Assembly: GCA_951406725.2 (NCBI GenBank)
Contig: OX597815.1
Location: 123,876,001-123,940,000, forward strand
Direction: 5' to 3'
Origin: Octopus vulgaris
Taxonomy: Eukaryota
Length of the DNA: 64,000 nt
Every line of letters starts with the position of its first letter. Position 1 is the first letter of the stretch. Below the pieces are notes generated by a model. It did not search any database and was not told where the DNA came from. It saw only the letters and a program-made list of their open reading frames with translations. Positions 54,885 through 64,000 of this stretch are shown piece after piece. The position numbers and the translations under genes are program-made.

Positions 54885-55635
54885 CAGGCGGTGGATTCAC
54901 AGAATCGTTATAGCGCCTTGCGATATTTAAACATGGACCCTTTACGTTTTGAGTTCAAATCTATTAGCTATACTCTCTCCGATAAAATTCATCCGGAGAA
55001 AGTTCCAACACTTGTAGTTCTCAATTTAAATGATGACGAGGACATCTTTGTGTTTCATCCTTCAGGAGTCGACAAAATAATTACCAGCCAAACACTGGGA
55101 AACAATGTTTCGTGGTATTTATTCCGACTCTTTACATTCTGACCCCCCACCCTGCACGAGTTCAACTTTGCCTTTCATCCCTCTGCGTTTGATAAAATAA
55201 AGTTCCAATCAAGTTCTGAAGTCGGATGTATCGGATAAACTGCCATCTCAAAATTTCTTGTCTAAATTAGAAACACTTGCTGCTAAAATCATCAATAAAA
55301 AAGTGGTTAATATTAAGATGGGTTAAGGCGGCGAGCTGGCTGAATGCTTACGGGCATTTCGTCCATCTGATTTCAAATTTCTCCGTGGTCGACTTTCACC
55401 CTCTCAGGGTGAGTGCCGGGGTCAATGTAATCAACATACCCCTCCCCCGAAATTGCAGGCCTTGTGCCAAAATTTGAACTCAATATTAACATGGGTAAAA
55501 ATGTGGTGAGCTGGCAGATTCGTTAGTACGTCGGGCAAAATACTTAGCGGCATTTCGTCCGTCTTTATGTTCTGAGTTCAAATTTCGCCGAGCTCGACTT
55601 TGCCTTCCATTTTTTCGGGTTCGATAAAAAAAAGT
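54885..55635 (+). mobile_element. Cluster of same-orientation SINE copies and fragments
   Basis: Repeated heads and cores near 54886, 55160, 55326 and 55505. Confidence 0.7.
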
Positions 55636-56120
55636 GAGTAAGGGGGCGTGTGATAAAGAGAGTGAGGGAGAGACAAACAAACAGACAGATAAACAGACAA
55701 GAGGTAGAAGAAAAATAATTCCAGTATTAGATTTGTACTTTATTTATTGACCTCGAAATGATGAAAGAGAATTCCACTGGTGGACGTTGAATTCAGAATG
55801 CGATGAGCCCGATTGAATGATGCAAAACATTCTGTTAGTTACTCTAGCTATTCCGCCAACATGCTGTCTACTTTAAAAGGTTCACATTTTATGTAACAAT
55901 ATCATATTAATACTTAATAAGTTTTTAAATATGACAATTTTTTTTTAATCAACATAGGTATTTAATTATTTGAAAGAAAATTACTGGAGAACTTTCATCT
56001 AATTCTTCCAAATCTTTCAGTTAAAACTGTATTGAAAGCATTTGTGGGGATTTTTCTTTACCACAGCAATTGTCTACTTTGTCAAACTGCCGCTACGGTG
56101 TAGGTGTGTGTTTATACGCG

Positions 56121-56152
<32 letters not shown>

Positions 56153-56191
56153 TGAATGTATGTATGTATGTATGTATGTATGTACATATGC

Positions 56192-56240
<49 letters not shown>

Positions 56241-56503
56241 TATATATATATATAGTAGTTTTTTTTTACTTATTATATATTGATTATTCATTTTTATACT
56301 TTTTGAGATCTAGTTATATATTTTATAAAAATATATTTTATTTGTTATTTATGTTTTAGTTTATGTCTATCACTGTTTGAGTTGCATAATAGTGGTTTTA
56401 TCTCTAATTTATATTTTATATATATTTATATTGTGAAATTTGATTTAATACTAAATTTAATTTTTCCCTGTAAGTTTGGAGTTATACTCCCTATAAAAAA
56501 ATA

Positions 56504-56572
<69 letters not shown>

Positions 56573-56574
56573 TA

Positions 56575-56875
56575 CATTGCCACTGTTGGTTACGACGACG
56601 AATGTTCCAGATGATCCGAGCAACGGAACGGCCTGTTCGTGAACTCAACATGTTAGCGGCTGGGCATTTCACAGACACGAGTACCCTTAACGTAATTCTC
56701 AGCGAGATTCAGCCTGCCCCAGAATGTGACAAGGTTGGCCCTTGAATTACTGGTACAAACAAATTTTGCCAGCTGAGTGGTTTGGTGTAACGTGAAATAA
56801 AGTGCCTTGCTCAAGGACACAACGCGCCGAGGGAATCGAAATCACGAATACCCCTAACCACAAATCCACGCGCTT
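56575..56875 (-). mobile_element. tRNA-derived SINE (third family)
   Basis: Minus strand gcgcgtgga..gtggttaggg..gatttcgattccc..gtgtccttgagcaaggcac. Confidence 0.7.
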
Positions 56876-56914
56876 TCAAGCATATTTATGTACATACATA
56901 CTCACACGCATGCA

Positions 56915-56968
56915 TGTACATACATACATACATACATACATACATACATACATACATACATACATACA

Positions 56969-57000
<32 letters not shown>

Positions 57001-57115
57001 CATACATACATACATACATGTATATACATACATACACACATACACATACATACATACATACATACATACATACATACATACATACATACATACATACATA
57101 CATACATACATACGT
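56915..57115. repeat. (TACA)n microsatellite, representative of dozens of (TA)n, (CA)n, (GA)n, (TATC)n, (TACA)n and (TAA)n tracts
   Basis: Read directly from the sequence; such tracts generate most ORF-track entries. Confidence 0.95.
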
Positions 57116-57322
57116 ACACATTCCATATACAGACATGCAGGTAAATTTCCCCAGATCTGCTAATCTACATTCGAACGCAACTGAAATACGCAGTTGAATG
57201 ACTCGTTTGTTTCTATTTCTTTCGTCACATGTCACTTAACTTTACTACAATCTTTCTATCTTTGTTTTTTCTTTCATTCTCTTTTCCTTCCTTCTTTTTC
57301 TGTCTGCCTGTCTTTCTTTCAT

Positions 57323-57378
<56 letters not shown>

Positions 57379-57559
57379 TCACTCTCTCTTCACTTTCTCA
57401 CTCTTTCCTTCTCTCTCAATCTCTACTCTGTCCCTCACTCTCTCTTTCTGTCACTCTCTCTTTCTGTCACTATCTCCACACTATGTATATCTATACAATT
57501 ATTCAATATATATGTATGTGTATTCGTATAAATGTATATATATATAAGTATATATATGT

Positions 57560-57765
57560 GTGTGTGTATGTGTGTGTGTGTGTGTATGTTTGTGTGTCTG
57601 TGTTTGTCCCCCCACCCCCAACATCGCTTGACAACCGATGCTGGTGTGTTTACATCCCCGTAACTTAGCGGTTCGGCAAAAGTGACCGATAGAATAAGTA
57701 CTACGCTTACAAAGAATAAGTCCTGGGGTCGATTCGCTCGACTAAAGGCGGTGCTCCAGGCGGTA
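57560..57765 (+). mobile_element. CORE-like SINE 3' part
   Basis: catcgcttgacaaccgatgctggtgtg..aagaataagtcctggggtcgatt matches the 17.9 kb copy. Confidence 0.75.
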
Positions 57766-58067
57766 CTCTAAAACACACATGTGCGTGTGTGTAGGTGTGT
57801 ATCATGTGTGTAACTAGTATTCGACTGAGGGGATAATCAAATATAAAAATAGATGCCATTAAACACCTAATTTGCAAATAATTAAATTAAAAAATTATAT
57901 TTATATGGCACAACAGGTGTGTCACCTCCGGCAATGTACACACACACACACAAAATTCTAATAGGATTGTGTGTCATAAGCGCAGAAGTGGCGGTGTGGT
58001 TAGAAGCTTGCTTCCTAACCATAAGGTTCTGGGTTCACTCCAACTGCGTGGTACCTTGGGTAAATGG

Positions 58068-58388
58068 GACTTATTTAATCGATCCCGAGAGGATGAAAGG
58101 CAAAGTCGACCTCGGAGAAATTTGAACTCAGAACGTAACGGCAGACAAAATACCTATTTCTTTACTACCCACAAGGGGCTAAACACAGAGAGGACAAACA
58201 AGGACAGGCAAGCGGATTAATTCGATTATATCGACCCCAGTGCGTAACTGGTACTTATTTAATCGACCCCGAGAGGATGAAAGACAAAGTCGACCTCGGC
58301 GGAATTTGAACTGAGAACGTAACGGCAGAGGAAATACCGCTAAGCATTTTGCCCGGCGTGCTAACGTTTCTGTCAGCTAGCCGCCTTA
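58068..58388 (-). mobile_element. SINE dimer with the same internal junction
   Basis: Junction aaatac|ctatttc at 58153/4; it abuts the head of a + strand CORE-like SINE (57978-58065). Confidence 0.85.
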
Positions 58389-58525
58389 TGAATGCATAAG
58401 AATGAATGAATACGTGCTTGCAAGCATGCAGTCATTTCTCTTATTTCTATAAAAACAAAAGACTGTTGAAATAAAATACGAAATGACAGTGTACAGAAAG
58501 TGTCAGTGAGAGATAGGGATAGATG

Positions 58526-58628
<103 letters not shown>

Positions 58629-59029
58629 AGAGAGGGAAACATAGAAGATGATAGCTCGCACCATCAATAAGGTTGGGTTCGATTCCCGGTCCGGGCGATG
58701 TGCTACCAACAGTAGCTAGGAGTTAACACTGCGAATGACAAGTGTCCATCCAATTCAATGGGTTGCCTCATGCTCGCTGTCGCTTAAATGCTGCAGTAAA
58801 TGGGATAAGCTTCGTCCTATTACGTTGTGGACTCGAGATAAACTGTAAGAGTAAGAAAGACCCGAGGTGAGAATAGGACCTAAACCTGTTTAAGAGACCC
58901 CCACACCCACCCAATATAAAAAGATGAGGAATACTGCATTTTGTAAGCTTCCAGCAGTGTAATGCCTCAAGCTACGTCGATTGGCCGGCTCCAAAACCCG
59001 ACTGGAGCATCTAATGGTCTTACTATCTT

Positions 59030-59235
59030 TTACTCTCTTTTACTTGTTTCAGTCATTTGACTGCGGCCATGCTGGAGCACCGCATTCAGTCGAGCAAATC
59101 GACCCCGGGACTTATTCTTTGTAAGCCTAGTACTTATTCTATCGGGGTCTTTTGCCGATCCGCTAAGTTACGGGGACATAAACACACCAGCATCGGTTGT
59201 GAAGCAATGCTAGGGAACAAACACACACACACAGA
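59030..59235 (-). mobile_element. CORE-like SINE 3' part
   Basis: Reverse complement of the 57.6 kb and 17.9 kb tails. Confidence 0.75.
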
Positions 59236-59499
59236 CACATATTGTAAAAAAAGTTGAGCAGAATGGTCCATTATATCGCAAGTATATCGTTGAGGTTTTA
59301 TCACATACATACATACATACATACATACATACATACATACATACATACATACATGCATACATACATACATGCATACATACATACACACACACACACATAC
59401 ATACATACATACATACATACATACATACATACATACATACATACATACATACATACATACATACATACATACATACATACATACATACTTACATATATA

Positions 59500-60000
59500 C
59501 AATAAAGCTGAAAATCAGTGAAAAAGAGAACAGCTATGCTGAACTACTGAAAAGTCTGCAGTTACTCAATCCAAATTACAAGTTCAGGTCTATACCTGTA
59601 ATTTTTGAAGCCCTGGAATATGTAAACACACTGCCTAAATAATAATCTTGAGAAATTAGGCTTCTCAAAGCCAGAAAGGAGAAAGCTAATTCGAAGACTA
59701 CAGATCCAATCTATCACTGGAACTGCAAAAATCTGTAAAACTTTCTAGAAGTTTATCATTTAAATATATATGAGCATGTCTAGATATACAACTATATGCA
59801 TGAGAATACATACACAAATCATACAAATGTGCACATACATACATACATACATACATACATACATACATACATACATACATACAAACAAAAATACTCTGTT
59901 GTTGATGTTGAAATTCCAATGAAGGAGCCTTGGATCTAGGTTAGAAACCGGTTCTTTCTCTATTGGCAAGAAATCTTGAAATAAACTGAATAATGACAAT
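59500..60000 (+). mobile_element. 3' end of an RLE-type non-LTR retrotransposon associated with (TACA)n
   Basis: KISEKENSYAELLKSL..FRSIPVIFEALEY..LEKLGF..KLIRRLQIQSITGTAKICKTF resembles the K..Y..L..P(I/V)IIGALG C-terminus of RLE elements; a 3' UTR follows. Confidence 0.65.
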
Positions 60001-60195
60001 GGCATATATATATATATCACTATCTATATATTTACCTGTATATATTCACACACACACACACACACACGTATGTATGTCTGATGTTAAACTAATGACAGGG
60101 ACTCAGAAATAATTAAAAAGTCTGTCGACTCTCACACTTTCACATACATTGTACATACCCCTTTCGTTCACTCCCATACACACACACACATATAT

Positions 60196-60263
<68 letters not shown>

Positions 60264-60267
60264 ATAC

Positions 60268-60305
<38 letters not shown>

Positions 60306-61058
60306 TACAACATGTGTGCCTGCATATTTACATACATGCCTACAGACAAGCATATACATAAATACCGAATTCGCACCAGTATCTAATTGATAAAAGACCT
60401 ACAGAACAATATACATGCTCGCACATATATTCCTGCCTAATATTAATGCAGAGATGCAGGGACTGATATAAGTTTACAGGCATAACATTAATTGTTAATG
60501 GATGTTTATTACTTCTAAATTAGCCTAATATATGTAGGTACACACACTCTTACATTCACACACACACACACACACACGTACACGTGCGCGAGCGTATAAT
60601 GTTTGTGCATATGTAAGTATGTATGTATGTTTATATGTTTTGAATGTGTACCTGTGTGTGCGTGTCTGTGTGTGCATATACACACATATATGTATCTACA
60701 TATATATACATTTATATTATATATATATATATACAGTTATATATTATATATATATATAAATGTATATATATATATATATATATATATCTATATATATATA
60801 TATGTATGTATGTATATATACATGTATGTATGTATGTATGTGTGTTTACTAATGTTTACACAAATTTTAACATATACATTCACCTATATAAATATGAATA
60901 CACATTACATCACAAATTACCTTTAAATATGTTTTGGCATTCACATTTATTCACAAGAAGCACATACGTGCCAACTAATCACACTGAACATATTTAAAAC
61001 ATTTATTCTGGGTGGCGAGAATTTAAAGCAGAAAATTCAAATTTGGTTAATAACTTAC

Positions 61059-61165
61059 CCATTTCTAAAAAGTTTCGAGTGGACGAGAAGTGGCAGAAAA
61101 ACTATAAAAATGGTAAAATACCGAGGCAGCTTCGCAGAGAATCGATCAATCAGTGCCATCTCCAT
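61059..61165 (-). CDS. EGFL7: First coding exon (signal peptide) of an EGFL7/EGFL8-like secreted EMI-domain protein
   Basis: Translates MEMALIDRFSAKLPRYFTIFIVFLPLLVHSKLFRN-G(G): basic n-region, hydrophobic core, then a consensus donor GG|gtaagt in phase 2. Joined to the 11563-11688 exon it gives LFRNG-RHVC, matching the start of the EGFL7 EMI domain (RPGRRVC). Alternative ATG at 61159. The symbol is a family-level guess (EGFL7 vs EGFL8 unresolved). Confidence 0.75.
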
Positions 61166-61530
61166 GCAACCCAAGTTTGTATGTAAACTTTGTTGTATGT
61201 AAACTGCTGGGTGCGACAAATGAAGGCGTGAAGTGGAAGCGTGTGCACGTAACACAGGCTTTTCTCCGCCTCGTCAAACAGCAAAAAGGAAGAAAAAAGG
61301 AGAAAGAATGGGAAAACGTAACTTGTGAAGAAAGAGAGAATATATGTATGAATAAAAGGGAGGGCGAGAGAAAGAGTGAGAGTGAGATATGAGAGATAGA
61401 TAGGCAGACAGATAGAAAGCGTGGTAGTGGGTGTTTAGAAATGAAAAGCACGATATCAGTCTCTTTAACTACTCACACGCACTTGAGCCACCGTCCGTCA
61501 CATAACACATAAAGCTACAAGTGTTATATT
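61166..61530 (-). promoter_or_regulatory. Probable 5' UTR / proximal promoter of the EGFL7/8-like gene
   Basis: Non-repetitive, relatively CpG-rich, pyrimidine-rich leader directly upstream of the ATG; the TSS cannot be determined. Confidence 0.4.
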
Positions 61531-61739
61531 GCCGCTGCTGCTGCTGCTGCGTATATCGATGCTGCTGATGCTGATGTTGTTCTTGTTGCGGCTTTTGAAA
61601 TTAATTGTTGTTGTTCTTGTAAGCTACCGCTGTGAAAGCGGTGAGGGCGATGTTGGTCCCAAACTTTTGGGAGGATGAGATGAAGAGGATGTTGTAATAG
61701 GGAAGGAGTTCTAGTAAAGGTCGGGGCATTAATAATTGC

Positions 61740-62185
61740 TTGTAACAGGTCAGAAGCTCTGGGGAGGGAAAGGGAACAGTCGACTGTATTAACCTCGGTA
61801 CTTGACAGATATCTTATTTTATCGACCCAGGAAAAATAAAAGCAAAGTTGACCTTGGTGAGATTTGAACTCACATTTGAATATAAAGAATCGGAAGAAAT
61901 ATCGCAAGGCATATTTCCCAAACGCTTTAACTATTCTGCCGTAAGTCGGAGCTTTAATAATAATAATCCCTTCTTACTATAATAATGAGGCCGGAAATTT
62001 TGGGGGAGGGGTTTCGTTGAGTGTATCGACCCCAGTGTTCAACTGGGGTCGATACACTCAACTTATTTCATCAACGTCAGAAGGACGAAATGTAAAGTCG
62101 ACCTGGACGGAAGTTGAACTCAGAATATAAAGACAGACGAAATGCCATTAAGCGTGCTAACGCTCTTGGCAGCTCGCCGCATAAG
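61740..62185 (-). mobile_element. Two tandem SINE copies upstream of the gene
   Basis: tttatcgacc..aaagttgacc..tttgaactc and ..gcagctcgccgc motifs. Confidence 0.7.
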
Positions 62186-64000
62186 CTTTAGTAATAATAA
62201 TGACCCCGAACATTGCCGTAAGTTCACAAATTCGAGAGAGAGAGGAGTTATAATCGATTAGGTCGAACTTACTACTTGATTGATATTTATTTATGGATAT
62301 CGGTGGTACTTGAACTCAGAATGTGAAGAGAGGTAACCTGTGCCGGCAACACGGTATTCAGGACCAATTTGAACAATGCAATCCTCACTGTCTCCAACTT
62401 TTTTCTACAACAATCTCCAACCATCACTCTCATTACATCAAATAGAAGAAATGCAGTCAGAAAATTATAATTAACTTGCAAAACAAGAATTTTCTAGTTT
62501 TCTGATCATACATCTATCACTGAGTAAAGTTTGAAATGTTTTAAGCAAAATCACGTTACAGGTCATAGCATTACACAAGGCTCTCAATCCGCTCCCCACC
62601 CATTCATGTACTCCTTTCTTCCTTGTTCTAAAACTGACCTCACTTATTTTCTTTATTACCAAATTTTCTTGTTTTTGATTGCGCCAGGGAATATTTTGTA
62701 TTTGTACCTCCACTCTCGAATTAACGTGAAAGGCGATTGCTTAGTGAATAAAGTCAGACTTTGGTAATTGGACTGTGCTTGTCATTGTGCCCACTGCTTG
62801 ACCAATTCTTCCACTCTGAAGTACAAATTTACAGTATTTGGAGGACTGCATAATCGATTAGGTCGCTTGGTAAGTGGCTGGTGGATATCTCGTCGTTCCC
62901 GGTAGTGTAAAAGACATTTTCTAACTCGATAGTATTTAAAAAAATTTCATTTATTGGGTATGGAGGGAGATCCAGTGCCTATAGTCCCCACAATGCCTTC
63001 GGGATAAGTAAGATTGATACCGTTGAAGTTCTGCTTACATAGCGGCAAATCAACACTTGCAGAAAAGACACAAGCAGGGAGAGAAGGCAGTTCTGGTGAA
63101 GAAATACTGAGTAAAGTAGTTTGTGTGAGGCCTGCGTGATGGAAACAGTATAATTGATTAAAGAACTGCGAATGTTTGAGAGGAAGCAGCTCGAGAGCAG
63201 CCTGCTCCAAGAAGCATATGTCATTATAGAGAGTACGGCAAAAATCCTGATACACAATTTTTGATAAATGTTTTGCAGCTAATACACGACGTGCACTATA
63301 ATGGTAACTAAAGGCCATAATGGTAGCTAAAAAGAAAAACGATAAATCGTTAGCTATCATTACCATCTACCTAGCTTCACAAGCGTAACACTATCAATGA
63401 TGAGTTTTTCTACGACACTCTATAATAACGGTAGAAAAGCTGAGAGAAAAGACAGTATGTCAGTGAATCAGTGAGTGGAGTGTGTTTGTGAGGGACTTTC
63501 ATACAATCAGCCGAGTGGCTTTTCGCTAGATGTGACTGAAGCATGATTTAAAGTATTACAAATATATACCGAGGCTATTTTCTCCATCATTCTGACGATT
63601 CTGTCAGGCATAACAGACTTATGGGGTGGTGGGAAGGTTACAGATGAATAATTCACTTAGTACATGACTGGTATTTATTTTGTCATATCCAACAATGAAA
63701 AGATTTAAATGCATTATGGTAAAGTAAAGTTATAAACATCACAAGGCATTTTGTCTGTCAGTCTATGGATTCTGATATTCACAATTATATATGGGTGTAT
63801 GTGTGTGTATGTGTGTACACGCATGCAAGCACACAAGTGCAACTAAAAGATAGAAAAAAGAGTACTCAATTTGAAAAGTCGATTAAAATATCTGATTTTA
63901 TTGTAAGTTGAAAATCTCAAACATCATTACTTTGGTTTTCACGTTTCCGACTTCAGGACGCAAAATAATGTAAATGGAATATTAAGGAGGAATTTAAAGG

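Noticed and set aside
61177-61205. Duplicated ttgtatgtaaact 13-mer just upstream of the ATG as Forkhead sites
   Set aside because: Imperfect match to RYAAAYA; a simple local duplication explains it equally well.
62950-63230. ORFs 62947-63366 / possible RTE 3' remnant
   Set aside because: Only faint similarity to an RTE C-terminus on the + strand; not enough to call a gene or an element.

Overview
AT-rich, microsatellite-dense animal genomic DNA. The SINE families and repeat landscape suggest an octopus (coleoid cephalopod); this is inferred, not verified. The main feature is a minus-strand gene encoding a secreted EMI-domain protein of the EGFL7/EGFL8 type. Its signal-peptide exon (61059-61165) joins in phase 2 to an EMI-domain exon (11563-11688) across a 49.4 kb intron, and later exons probably lie left of the window. 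The supplied ORF track misses the EMI exon and shows exon 1 only as the tail of a short ORF. Nearly everything else is intronic transposon debris: tRNA-derived SINEs, Penelope-like (PLE) remnants carrying minimal hammerhead ribozymes (one with an intact catalytic core), a young Tx1-type LINE 3' end inside a (TATC)n tract, RTE and R4/Dong-type LINE fragments, a DD37D-type Tc1/mariner relic, a mariner MITE and Helitron-like elements. The most novel-looking signal is a three-part retrotransposon system. A SINE subfamily shares its 3' tail with the Tx1 LINE and with an ORF1-only element, and it recurs at the same nucleotide inside the head of its own SINE family, building tandem arrays. All family assignments come from manual translation and motif recognition, with no database search.
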